A stretch of DNA of 64,000 bases from Nanobdellota archaeon. GTDB taxonomy: Archaea > Nanobdellota > Nanobdellia > Woesearchaeales > GW2011-AR9. The stretch is from contig JAUYPX010000026.1 of NCBI GenBank assembly GCA_030697505.1, positions 53,322 through 117,321 on the forward strand, written 5' to 3'. A model generated the notes under the pieces. The model made no database searches. It had not been told where the DNA came from and saw only the letters and a program-made list of their open reading frames with translations. Of the stretch, positions 49,405 through 58,658 are shown piece after piece. The position numbers and the translations under genes were made by a program. Positions within the stretch are counted from its first letter, which is position 1, and the number at the start of each line of letters is the position of its first letter.

Positions 49405-50142
49405 TTATTTTTTGTTTAAGTTATTAATATTACTAATGTTACTGATCATCTCGTGTTTTTTAGTAATATAATACCACATTACGATAGCATCCTGTTCTGC
49501 AGTTGGACTCTCAGAATTATCGTAGGGAATGGCATCCTTCGCTCTAGTCAAAGGGCTTATTATCCTGGTACGGTCACGTTCATCGATATCCTCGATTATC
49601 TTGCGAACCTCTTCCGGAGTATGTTTTGTTTTCTCCCCGGGAGGCAGCATTTTGAAGAACCTCTTTACTTTCACGTCCATGGAAGCATCCAAAAAGAATT
49701 TCCAATCGGCATTAGGAAATACCGTTGTTCCAGTATCACGCCCTTCGACAACAAAACCGCCTTGGCTGGCAATACTGCGTTGAAGCTCCAGAAGCTTTTC
49801 TCTGACCGCAGGAATGCTTGCGACTTTTGAAGCTAAAGAAACAACTTCATTTGAAGTTATGCTCGCAGCCACGTCCTCGCCGTTCAAAAATAAATGACTC
49901 TCGCCTTGGACTGATCTAAATTCCATAGTCACCGCTTTCATGGCCTTGATGATATCCTTCTCCTCTGCCAAACCTTTTTTTTTGACGAAGTATCCGATAG
50001 CGCGGAACATCGCTCCCGTATTCAGATACTGGTATCCCATCAGCTTAGCCAGCGCTTTTGCAGAAGTTGATTTTCCGGTCCATGAAGAGCCATCGATGGT
50101 AATGATCATCTTTTCTCTTTTCTTTCCGCCTTCCATGACCAA
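49405..50142 (-). CDS. cmk: Cytidylate kinase, bacterial type
   Basis: ITIDGSSWTGKSTSAKALAKLMGYQYLNTGAMFRAIGY aligns closely to E. coli Cmk (ITIDGPSGAGKGT...DSGAIYR). DERDRTRIISPL ~ ERDDRDRNRAVAPL. The ORF track uses a TTG start; the true start is probably an internal ATG near 50115. Confidence 0.8.
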   Translation of the reverse strand: MVMEGGKKREKMIITIDGSSWTGKSTSAKALAKLMGYQYLNTGAMFRAIGYFVKKKGLAEEKDIIKAMKAVTMEFRSVQGESHLFLNGEDVAASITSNEVVSLASKVASIPAVREKLLELQRSIASQGGFVVEGRDTGTTVFPNADWKFFLDASMDVKVKRFFKMLPPGEKTKHTPEEVRKIIEDIDERDRTRIISPLTRAKDAIPYDNSESPTAEQDAIVMWYYITKKHEMISNISNINNLNKK

Positions 50143-50199
50143 AACGAAGCAGAAAAGGTTTAAGAAGATTATGGAATAAGGTTTTATGTGAAAGGGTGA

Positions 50200-51351
50200 T
50201 CAACTGATTCTCTTTAATATATCTCGTAAAGCTCCTTCCGTAAGCTCCCGCGGATTGTTATTCACCCTCTCCGGATTAAATCCATGAGCAACAATGATAT
50301 CATGATGTTCTGGAGAGTTTATCTTGAGATCAACCAATCTTCTGGTAAGCCCGATCTGATCCATGAGATTATTTATCTTCTCTTGCAGCTGTTTAGAGGC
50401 CTGCACCTGAAAGAGCGAACATAATTCAGAAAGAGTTTTCTTGACAGATTCGGCGCCTCTTCCGTCAAGACAATCGTCATCGGTCACTGCACTATTGTAC
50501 AAACACATCTCTCCTAAAGTCAACGCGCAGGCATGGCCATGGGAAACTCCAAAATAAGAGGTCATCGGATATGAGACAGCATGGCAGGCAGTAGTCTTAG
50601 ACACATTTATCGCTTTTCCAGCCAGATTGGCTCCCAGCAGCATCGCTTCACGATTCGGTGCGGAAGGATTGTTCACCGCCGAGGCCAAATTATCCAGAAT
50701 TATCTTTATTGCTTTCCGGGCATATTCTTTAGATTCCTCTGTTGACTGGGTAGACCAATATGATTCCACGGCCTGGCATAATGCATCTATCCCTGTAGAA
50801 GCCGTGATATACTTGGGCAGATTGAAAGAAAGGTTTGGATCTAGAAAAACATATTTTGGCAGCATCCATCCCTGATGACCGAGAGAATATTTTGTTTTCC
50901 CGATGTATACGACGGCAAAATGTGTGGCTTCCGATCCCGTACCGGCGGTAGTGGGAATGGCCACAAAAGATTTCGGCTTATGAGCTGCAATCAATTTCTT
51001 AGTGATATAATCTTCCGGTACTTCATATTGAGCTGCAAGAAAATTAATCGATTTTGCTATATCAATGACGCTTCCTCCCCCGATAGCAATTACCAAGTCA
51101 CAGCCTGATCGTCTGAATAAAGCGATCCCTTTTTTAACATCTTCAAGCTGGGGATTGACTGAAAAATCAGAGAAAAAAATAACCTTGTAATCTGAAAGCA
51201 GGGATTCAAACATTTTTTGCGCTCCAGAACGTTGGTAAGAATTTTTCCCCGTCACTACAAAAACAGATGATGGTTTCTCCTTTTCTAAAACCTCACTGAG
51301 TCGAGCAAGACTTCCTGGACCGATATATTCATATTGCATCTTTATCTTCAA
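50200..51351 (-). CDS. Iron-containing alcohol dehydrogenase family (phosphonoacetaldehyde reductase candidate)
   Basis: GGGSVIDIAKSINFLAA Fe-ADH signature. 4-bp overlap with upstream ppd. Confidence 0.75.
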   Translation of the reverse strand: MKIKMQYEYIGPGSLARLSEVLEKEKPSSVFVVTGKNSYQRSGAQKMFESLLSDYKVIFFSDFSVNPQLEDVKKGIALFRRSGCDLVIAIGGGSVIDIAKSINFLAAQYEVPEDYITKKLIAAHKPKSFVAIPTTAGTGSEATHFAVVYIGKTKYSLGHQGWMLPKYVFLDPNLSFNLPKYITASTGIDALCQAVESYWSTQSTEESKEYARKAIKIILDNLASAVNNPSAPNREAMLLGANLAGKAINVSKTTACHAVSYPMTSYFGVSHGHACALTLGEMCLYNSAVTDDDCLDGRGAESVKKTLSELCSLFQVQASKQLQEKINNLMDQIGLTRRLVDLKINSPEHHDIIVAHGFNPERVNNNPRELTEGALRDILKRIS

Positions 51352-52484
51352 CTGCTTTCTTTTTGCAGAAATTCCATGAATTGTTTCTTATTTTCAAGAG
51401 GCGATTGAGTCGGCCTTCCAAGATTTTTACGCGCTCCTTTATTGCAGCGTATTTCCAATAACATAGGGCCGGTCTCCTGTTTCATTTTTAACAAGACTCC
51501 TTTGATCTCTTCAGCCGTTTCCGCTCTGAAAACAGCCTTATACCCATTTCCTTTTGCTATCTCTAAGATATCGATGGCATCAGCGGCAGTGGGTTGTCCG
51601 CCGACTGAATCGTGAGCAAAATTATTGAAGACGATATGATTAAAATTAACTGGCTGCAGTTTGCCGACCGTGGAAAGGATGCCCATGTGCATGATCAAGG
51701 CACCATCGCCATCAAAACAATACACCTTTCTATTCTGCTTCTGGAGAGCAATGCCTACCGCGATGGCAGAAGAATGTCCCATCGAGCCAACCGTCAAGAA
51801 ATCTTGGTGATGCCCTTTCCCGGTTGCTTTACGGAATTCAAACAACTCCCGCGAGGTTTTTCCTGTGGTAGAAACAATGATATCATCTTTATCAAGAAGT
51901 GATGCTACTAATTTAATCGCCTCTTCTCTAACCAACGGAAAATGAGTCTCTTGTTTAGTTTTTAAGGAGTAGGAATCAAAAGTCCCTTCCCTAACTACAA
52001 GAGCATAAGGTGTTTTGTGGTTATTCAGATGTTCTGCTGCTTTTTGCACCGCTGCCTTTGCTTCTTCTTCATTTTCAGGAAGAACAGCATAAGGAATCTC
52101 TAACACTTCCAGCAATGACAAAGTTATTCTTCCCATCTTGCGATGCTGAGGCTCATCTTTTCTGCCTGGTTCTGCTCTCCATCCGATCAGCAGCAGTAAC
52201 GGCAGAGAATAAATCTCTTTATCTGTAAGGGAAGTCAAAGGATTGACACAGTTGCCTAATCCTGAATTCTGCAGATAGACTACCCCTGCTTTTCCTGTCG
52301 CCAAATGATAGCCAGCAGCTAAGGCGATAGCATTTCCTTCATTTGCAGCAATAATGTGATCCTTAGCCGAAGTATTATCCGTGACATAGGCGCAGAAATC
52401 TTTTAGCAATGAATCTGGAACTCCGGCATAGAAAGTTAGGTCGTGTCCCTTCAACTGATCAAAAAAATATCGTGGTGAGATCAT
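51348..52484 (-). CDS. ppd: Phosphonopyruvate decarboxylase (ThDP-dependent)
   Basis: ThDP-binding GDG-X24-N motif (FDGDGALIMHMGIL...NNFAHDS) and N-terminal pyrimidine-binding domain. Operon context with PEP mutase. Confidence 0.75.
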   Translation of the reverse strand: MISPRYFFDQLKGHDLTFYAGVPDSLLKDFCAYVTDNTSAKDHIIAANEGNAIALAAGYHLATGKAGVVYLQNSGLGNCVNPLTSLTDKEIYSLPLLLLIGWRAEPGRKDEPQHRKMGRITLSLLEVLEIPYAVLPENEEEAKAAVQKAAEHLNNHKTPYALVVREGTFDSYSLKTKQETHFPLVREEAIKLVASLLDKDDIIVSTTGKTSRELFEFRKATGKGHHQDFLTVGSMGHSSAIAVGIALQKQNRKVYCFDGDGALIMHMGILSTVGKLQPVNFNHIVFNNFAHDSVGGQPTAADAIDILEIAKGNGYKAVFRAETAEEIKGVLLKMKQETGPMLLEIRCNKGARKNLGRPTQSPLENKKQFMEFLQKESS

Positions 52485-52507
52485 AAAAAAGAGAAATAAA
52501 TACGCTT

Positions 52508-53404
52508 TTATAAAGATGATGAAAGAAGGTTATTGACTATATTAAGATAAGATTCCATCCTCTGCAAGCCGCTCTTCTCAACTAAAGCTACTCCGAAAGC
52601 AGTAGGCGCTTTGCCGGCTTTAATTTTGTTGCCATAACTCCTGGCCACCACATCGGACATGCGCAGATCAAAATTTGCTTTAAGCTTCTCTCGGTCATCT
52701 AATTCAAGCAGATAAGACTTGCCATCATCAATACAATCGGCGACAGTTAATGCCATTAAAGCAAGCTTATCTTTTCCATGAGCAAAATCGTTTCCGCTCG
52801 CTGCACAAGGATTTCCATACTCTTCAAACATAGCTAAAATACTGTGAGGATTGTTCGGATAGTTATATGCTTCAGACCAGGCTGAATAATGTCCCACATT
52901 ATTGAAGCCAGTTCTTTTAGCGATCATGTTCGCAATTTCCAGATAGGCATTATGCTGAGCCGCATCGGCAAGAATTTGAGCATCTAATTCTATAGCCAAA
53001 TGATAAAATGACAATTCTTTTTCTTCTTGATCAAATTCAACACCATATTTCGCAAAAGCATTGGAAAGATCGTGAACTAATCCCATCGCGTACCCCACTT
53101 TAGGAGAAGGCAGTTCCAAATCAGGATTTCTTTCAGAGATGGCTGCGACCAATTGTGAAGTAAGATTGCCGACGCGTAGAAAATGGGCCATCCTTTCATC
53201 TTTTTTAGCAAGCTGTGAATTTGCATCATACACGACCGCGCTAACATCTCTTGCCCTTAACTGCGTAGGATCTTCACGCATGATCTCAAAAACATGGTGA
53301 ACTTTTCTGGTCAGATCAGAAACGCCACTGCCCGGAGAGCGCTGCACCATATTTTCTCCGTCGTAGAGAAAAGGCACTAGAAATTGGATATCTGTCGAAA
53401 CCAT
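52508..53404 (-). CDS. Hypothetical protein, possible HD-domain metal-dependent phosphohydrolase
   Basis: Spaced H...HD...H...D residues (MAHFL...GLVHDLSNAF...FYHLAIELD). Weak. Confidence 0.3.
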   Translation of the reverse strand: MVSTDIQFLVPFLYDGENMVQRSPGSGVSDLTRKVHHVFEIMREDPTQLRARDVSAVVYDANSQLAKKDERMAHFLRVGNLTSQLVAAISERNPDLELPSPKVGYAMGLVHDLSNAFAKYGVEFDQEEKELSFYHLAIELDAQILADAAQHNAYLEIANMIAKRTGFNNVGHYSAWSEAYNYPNNPHSILAMFEEYGNPCAASGNDFAHGKDKLALMALTVADCIDDGKSYLLELDDREKLKANFDLRMSDVVARSYGNKIKAGKAPTAFGVALVEKSGLQRMESYLNIVNNLLSSSL

Positions 53405-53463
53405 AAGATAAGAACCCTGATAGTTATTTTATAAAGGTTATGTAACCTAATGACCAAACTTTA

Positions 53464-54834
53464 CTAAATTTTATTTTTTCCTTCCTTGTTAAACCAAGGC
53501 ATTAGTTCGCTCACCGCGCGATCAGCATTTTCCTTTCCAATCAAAGAAAGCTCACGCTGCGGTTCGCCGGCAGCCCTTCCGCCTATCCTTAAGACTAGCA
53601 GCTTCCCATCTTTTCCACGGAAATTATGATGAACAAACGGTTTTAGGTACAGAGAATCGTCCGGATGAATAAAATCGTGATGCGTTTGTCCAGCAGAATA
53701 CCAATTGACATTTACTGGTGTTTTCCCAACATTATACACATATTGATGCAGGCCAACTTTTAGATCTAAACTGCCTACATCACTGCCTGCATCTTTCAGC
53801 ACCTCCATTTCCAAGGCTTTAGAATGAGGAAGATGACGTGTACCTGCTAATTCGACTAATTTGTATGCCGGATGAGTACTTGGACAATTCCATCTAAAAG
53901 TATCTTGATAATTCTTTACTATCACTTTTTCTCCTACCTTATTTGGCGGCAATAATTCCCTCGCATCAATATTCAAAGCTTCAGCTATAGATTCTAAGTC
54001 AACTCTATTTGGCAAAATATTTCCAGATTCATACCTTACTAAAAGAGCAACAGGAAGCGTAGTTCTCCATTCCAATTCCTCATAATCCATACTCGCTGCT
54101 TCCCTATGAAAGCGCAATAAAGAACCGAACGCTTTCATGGGAGTGGAAAAATCCATAGCATACTGCGAAGCTAACTCTGTTCCCAGCGCCGACAATTCTT
54201 GCTGAGTTTCCCCCGCTAATTTGTTGCCATAGGTCAAGGCGAGGATTAATCCGCTTTCTCCCGCATCGTTTTTGCGGGTAGCGAACGTGTGAGGCACAAA
54301 TGGAGTGATGTACATGGAATCACCGGTATTCATCACCGCTATTTTTTTCTTTCCATCTTCACCTTGGTAATAAAAATTAACAGGTCCCACGAAGTAGGTA
54401 AACTGATGCATGAAGTGGCCGTTGTTCCATTGCACTTCTGGATTGTCAGCCTCATCGTTATTGACAACACAAAGTTCTTTGATCCATTCCGGACGGAATT
54501 GGCTGACGCTGCTGGCGGCAGTATCGCGATATTCGTAATATGGTTTCCCGGCCCGTTCCATGACTCTGCTGCTCTGCGCTGATTCAGTTGCCCGCATGAT
54601 TTTAATGCCATTTGGAGCATCATCGCGCAGACAATAGAAATCACGTTCATTTACCGGCCAGATCTCTGTCGCGCGCTTGGCCACCTTCGCAGGAATTTCC
54701 CGTTCACCGCGCAAATAAGAATTAAATTTTTCGAGAGGAACATTAAGCTCGCGTGCCGCATCTTCTGGACGGCGTTTAAGATCGTTGATGATCCCTTGAA
54801 GATTCTGTCCGCTTCTTTTTTGATAATTGCCCAT
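53464..54834 (-). CDS. mpnS: Methylphosphonate synthase-like bicupin of the HEPD/MPnS family
   Basis: NNGHFMHQFTYF...TGDSMYITPFVPHTF parallels the HEPD NNGH...TGDSYVEPSYCPHTY block. Relative to the first His there is Gln at +4, Phe at +14, Ile at +36 and His at +42. No Glu ligand is present. Start is placed at the ATG preceded by a GGGAGG SD (Met7 of the ORF-track GTG-start ORF at 54852). Confidence 0.7.
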   Translation of the reverse strand: MGNYQKRSGQNLQGIINDLKRRPEDAARELNVPLEKFNSYLRGEREIPAKVAKRATEIWPVNERDFYCLRDDAPNGIKIMRATESAQSSRVMERAGKPYYEYRDTAASSVSQFRPEWIKELCVVNNDEADNPEVQWNNGHFMHQFTYFVGPVNFYYQGEDGKKKIAVMNTGDSMYITPFVPHTFATRKNDAGESGLILALTYGNKLAGETQQELSALGTELASQYAMDFSTPMKAFGSLLRFHREAASMDYEELEWRTTLPVALLVRYESGNILPNRVDLESIAEALNIDARELLPPNKVGEKVIVKNYQDTFRWNCPSTHPAYKLVELAGTRHLPHSKALEMEVLKDAGSDVGSLDLKVGLHQYVYNVGKTPVNVNWYSAGQTHHDFIHPDDSLYLKPFVHHNFRGKDGKLLVLRIGGRAAGEPQRELSLIGKENADRAVSELMPWFNKEGKNKI

Positions 54835-54848
54835 ATAGATTGCCTCCC

Positions 54849-56156
54849 TCACTCATCTCCATTAGGTATGAGCGTGATGATTTCCTTTATGGGCATGCAG
54901 AGTTCCTTGCTTGCCTCGTGACATCGCTTATGCTTTAAAATTGATTCTGCCGCCTTCACCATCGAAGGATAGGCGCTGCGCAATAGATGATTGGCATAAA
55001 TAACGATATTAACTCCGGCTTTCATGAGTTCCTCTTCAGTTACAGTAGCATAGGTGCTGGGTACAGCGATCAAAGGCACCCTATTTTCAAACTTCCGGTA
55101 TTCTTCGCAAAACTGCAGCACTTCATCAGGAGATTTCTCTTTGCTATGGATCATAATGCCGTCGGCTCCGGCTGCGATATACGCTTTCGCCCTAGCCAGA
55201 GCATCATCTATGCCTTTCTCCAAAATCAGACTTTCGATCCTAGCGATGATCATAAAGTCGTCAGACGCTTGAGCCTTCTTGCCTTCAGAGATTTTATGGC
55301 AGAAATTATCTATAGTGTCCTGGATTTGTTCTACTTCCGTCCCAAACAAGGAATTTCTTTTCGATCCGACCTTATCTTCGATTACTACCGCAGAAACGCC
55401 TAACCTTTCCAGCGTTTTCACCGTAAAACGGAAATGCTCGATCAGGCCTCCGCTGTCCGCATCTACGACCATGGGCTTGGAAGTCACTTCAAAAATTTCA
55501 CTGACCGTGTTGCTGATGGAAGTGATATCTACATATTCAATATCTGGCTTTCCTTTAGAGGTAGCATGGGTCAGACTGCTCAGCCAGGTCGCATCAAAAG
55601 TTTGCGGTACCTGGTTCTCATCTTTCACCATCGCTTTTTCGACAATAAGTCCGGTCAGGCCGTTATGAGCTTCCATCACCCGCACCATCGACTTGGCATT
55701 GAGCAGACGACGCAGCATATATCTGCGAACATCGGGAGTGACGCCTCGCTGCTTTACCTTAGTGATCATTTGAGTTGAAGAAATTCCCTGCGTATAAGCT
55801 GGTTCAATTACCTGGCCGCCCCATTCTTTCATCACCTCAATCACTCGTTCCCTTTTTTTGGCTTGTACGCCTGTTTTCCAGTCATCGCCATGGACAAAAT
55901 AATCTGGTTTCAATTCTTGCAGCGCCGGAATGTAATCATCATCTTCCTGCACGTAGACCCTGTTGACCATACGTATATTTTCAATAACTTTTTTACGCTG
56001 CTCAAAAGTCAATAATGGAAGCCGTTTGTAATTGGCGATAGCCCGATCAGTCAGAAGACCGACAATTACTTCGCCTAACTTACTCGCTTCATGAAGGATA
56101 TTCATATGGCCGTCATGCAATAAGTCAGCGGCCATGGGAACGTATACTGTTTTCAT
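54849..56156 (-). CDS. ppm: Fusion of an N-terminal cytidylyltransferase (HxGH nucleotidyltransferase, TagD/PntC-like) and a C-terminal phosphoenolpyruvate phosphomutase
   Basis: N-terminus AADLLHDGHMNIL (HxGH). C-terminal domain has IEDKVGSKRNSLFG (PEP mutase EDKxxxKxNSL) and IIARIES. A strong AGGAGG SD lies 7 nt upstream. Confidence 0.8.
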   Translation of the reverse strand: MKTVYVPMAADLLHDGHMNILHEASKLGEVIVGLLTDRAIANYKRLPLLTFEQRKKVIENIRMVNRVYVQEDDDYIPALQELKPDYFVHGDDWKTGVQAKKRERVIEVMKEWGGQVIEPAYTQGISSTQMITKVKQRGVTPDVRRYMLRRLLNAKSMVRVMEAHNGLTGLIVEKAMVKDENQVPQTFDATWLSSLTHATSKGKPDIEYVDITSISNTVSEIFEVTSKPMVVDADSGGLIEHFRFTVKTLERLGVSAVVIEDKVGSKRNSLFGTEVEQIQDTIDNFCHKISEGKKAQASDDFMIIARIESLILEKGIDDALARAKAYIAAGADGIMIHSKEKSPDEVLQFCEEYRKFENRVPLIAVPSTYATVTEEELMKAGVNIVIYANHLLRSAYPSMVKAAESILKHKRCHEASKELCMPIKEIITLIPNGDE

Positions 56157-56235
56157 CTCAAACTCCTCTTAACCATTTCCATACTGGCAAAAAATCAGTA
56201 TATAAACTTTTAGGAACAACAATACTTTTATGTAG

Positions 56236-56745
56236 TCACAAAGAGAAGTCTCTGTCTTTTATTTTTCGAGCTGGAACTCCGCAATAGACGCTGTTAGGGT
56301 CGACATCCTTAACTACCACGCTGCCCGCGCCGATGACAGAATTTGAACCTACCTTTATGTTTCCCAAAATACAAGAATTCGCACCGATATCAACTCCAGA
56401 ACCGATGATTGGAAATAGGGATCTTCTTTCTTCGATAGTCTTATTTTTACTTTTGTGCGCAGGTAAAAAGCGGTATTTGCTGCCGATGGTTACATTTTGG
56501 CTGATGATGCAATTTTCTCCCATGGTGCTGGCCCCAATGACTATTCCGATATAATGAGGGAACTTTGTTGACCAAGGTACCTGAGCATATGGAGAGATAT
56601 CGCATTTGAAAATGAATATCAATACTTTTCTGAATATTGTCCCAATACAGATTAAAAAAAATATGTTGGATATATAGAACGGCCTAACTAAATATCGTAT
56701 CAAAAATAGATGAATTTTGTCAAACATTTGCTTTAAAAGCGACAA
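56236..56745 (-). CDS. Hexapeptide-repeat acetyltransferase (serine/sugar O-acetyltransferase-like, CysE/WcaB family)
   Basis: IGASTMGENCIISQNVTIG...IGANSCILGNIKVGSNSVIGAGSVV hexapeptide repeats. Confidence 0.7.
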   Translation of the reverse strand: MSLLKQMFDKIHLFLIRYLVRPFYISNIFFLICIGTIFRKVLIFIFKCDISPYAQVPWSTKFPHYIGIVIGASTMGENCIISQNVTIGSKYRFLPAHKSKNKTIEERRSLFPIIGSGVDIGANSCILGNIKVGSNSVIGAGSVVVKDVDPNSVYCGVPARKIKDRDFSL

Positions 56746-56809
56746 AGTTAAAGATATATAAACCTAATTAAACTAGAATCAAAATTATTAAAAAGAGAGT
56801 TGTAATTTT

Positions 56810-57799
56810 GTGATTATGGACAAACCCCCCTTCATCTCCATCATCATTTCTGTTTATAATGAAGAGAAAACATTACGGCCATGTTTGGATTCCCTGCTGG
56901 CATCAGAATATCCAAACTACGAAGTGATCATGGTCAATGATGCTTCTAAAGACCATACTCTTGCCATATTGCGCGAATATCAAAAGAAAAGCAAGAAGAT
57001 ACGGGTTGTCACCTATGCTGTAAATAAAGGCGTCCCTGGAGCGCGGAATGAAGGCATGAAAGCGGCAAAAGGCGATATCTTTGTCTTTACTGATGCCGAT
57101 GCGACCTTTCCCAAAGAATGGCCCATAAAATTGATCGAACCCTTCACCGATCTAAAAGTCGGCGCCACCGGAGGAAGAGACCTAGCTCCGCCAAATCAGC
57201 CCTTGATCCAAAGATGCATAGATTACACTTTGACTTCTTTCATCGGCACTGCCGGATTACGTGGAGCGAAGGTGCGCCTGGCTAAATATGCGGTCACCGG
57301 ATGCAACTTCGCGGTGAAGCGCGAGGTAGTCGAAAAAGTAGGCATGCATGATGAAAAGATACGTTGGCGTGGAGAAGAAAAAGAATGGTGCCAGCGCATC
57401 AGGGAAGCAGGGTATGAGATTCTATTCATCCCTGAATCCTACATCCTCCATTACCGCCGGATCTCTTTGAGATCATTCTGGACCCAAACTTATAAATCGG
57501 GGAAAGCGCGCTTTGACATATTAAAGGCAGCTCCTGGCTCCTTCCAATTGATCCATGTTGTGCCATCATTGTTTGTACTCTATCTCATAATCATGGGTAT
57601 TTTTTCGTTTATTTCGGCAGATGCATTTTCCATGTTCGGCTTAGCCATGGGAATATACCTATCGGTCTTATTGGTCCAATCCGCGCTTGGAACCCTTAAG
57701 ACTAAAAATCCAGGTTCATTTTGTATAGTTCCAATAACCACCATCATCATGCACTTCGCCTACGGAATTGGATTTATCAGAAAATTTCTACATGATTAA
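56810..57799 (+). CDS. GT2 glycosyltransferase with C-terminal membrane segment
   Basis: ISIIISVYNEEKTL, VIMVNDASKDHT, DAD motif (FTDADATF) and C-terminal TM helices. Confidence 0.8.
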   Translation: MIMDKPPFISIIISVYNEEKTLRPCLDSLLASEYPNYEVIMVNDASKDHTLAILREYQKKSKKIRVVTYAVNKGVPGARNEGMKAAKGDIFVFTDADATFPKEWPIKLIEPFTDLKVGATGGRDLAPPNQPLIQRCIDYTLTSFIGTAGLRGAKVRLAKYAVTGCNFAVKREVVEKVGMHDEKIRWRGEEKEWCQRIREAGYEILFIPESYILHYRRISLRSFWTQTYKSGKARFDILKAAPGSFQLIHVVPSLFVLYLIIMGIFSFISADAFSMFGLAMGIYLSVLLVQSALGTLKTKNPGSFCIVPITTIIMHFAYGIGFIRKFLHD

Positions 57800-58619
57800 A
57801 AGTACTGGACTCATGAAAAAATATATCTATAAAGTGTGGGATAATCTTCCGGCGAGAGAAATAATACGCGATAGAATATTTTGGCCGCTAGGTGGAGCAT
57901 TGCAAGACCTTCCTAAAGGGAATATCCGCGATCCTCTTAGAACTACGCTAAAATTAATGTTTGGAAAGGAAAAAATACAGATACGGCTCAGAAAGATACG
58001 GCATCCGATCGCTCTCCGGCCAGGGACATCAGATGTGCCATTATTATACCATATCTTTGTAGAAAAGGAGTACAGCATCAAACCAAAAAAAGAACCTGCT
58101 TTTATCATCGATGCCGGCGCTAACATCGGTTTCACGGCGGTTTACTTCGCCAACAGATTCCCTAAAGCCAGAATAATCGCTATAGAACCAGAAGAATCTA
58201 ATTTTAGGCTTTTGCAAAAAAATACCAGATACTATCCCCACATCAGTTGCGTCAAAGCTGGACTGTGGAACAGCAAAACGCTGCTTCGCATAACCAATCT
58301 CGAAAAAGATAGTAAATGGGGATTTCAGGTTGAAGAGACTACTGGCCACGGACCAGGCACTTGTCAGGCGATTTCTATAAACAGTATTCTCTCGCAGGAA
58401 AAAATAAAAGAAATCGACATTGCCAAGATAGATATAGAAGGATCAGAAAAAGAACTATTTGAGAAAAACTGCCAATGGCTTCCCAAGACTAACCTGATTG
58501 TGATTGAGTTTCATGACCGCATCAGACCAGGCAGCAGCCAGCCGTTCTGGGATGCAGTTAAAGGAATGAAATTTAAGAGATACAAGAAACGTAAGAATAT
58601 TATATTGGTAAAAGAATGA
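57768..58619 (+). CDS. FkbM-family methyltransferase
   Basis: FIIDAGANIGFTAVYFA and VIEFH are typical of the FkbM domain. Confidence 0.7.
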   Translation: MDLSENFYMIKSTGLMKKYIYKVWDNLPAREIIRDRIFWPLGGALQDLPKGNIRDPLRTTLKLMFGKEKIQIRLRKIRHPIALRPGTSDVPLLYHIFVEKEYSIKPKKEPAFIIDAGANIGFTAVYFANRFPKARIIAIEPEESNFRLLQKNTRYYPHISCVKAGLWNSKTLLRITNLEKDSKWGFQVEETTGHGPGTCQAISINSILSQEKIKEIDIAKIDIEGSEKELFEKNCQWLPKTNLIVIEFHDRIRPGSSQPFWDAVKGMKFKRYKKRKNIILVKE

Positions 58620-58658
58620 ATGGGATGGATTATTAGAGATTGATTTAATGTTGATTTT

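Noticed and set aside
53464-54852. HEPD (2-HEP dioxygenase making hydroxymethylphosphonate) as the identity of the bicupin
   Set aside because: No Glu ligand sits at the HEPD class-I position. The F(+14)/I(+36) pair matches MPnS rather than the Y/G pair of Gln-containing HEPDs. This rests on by-eye alignment, so HEPD cannot be fully excluded.
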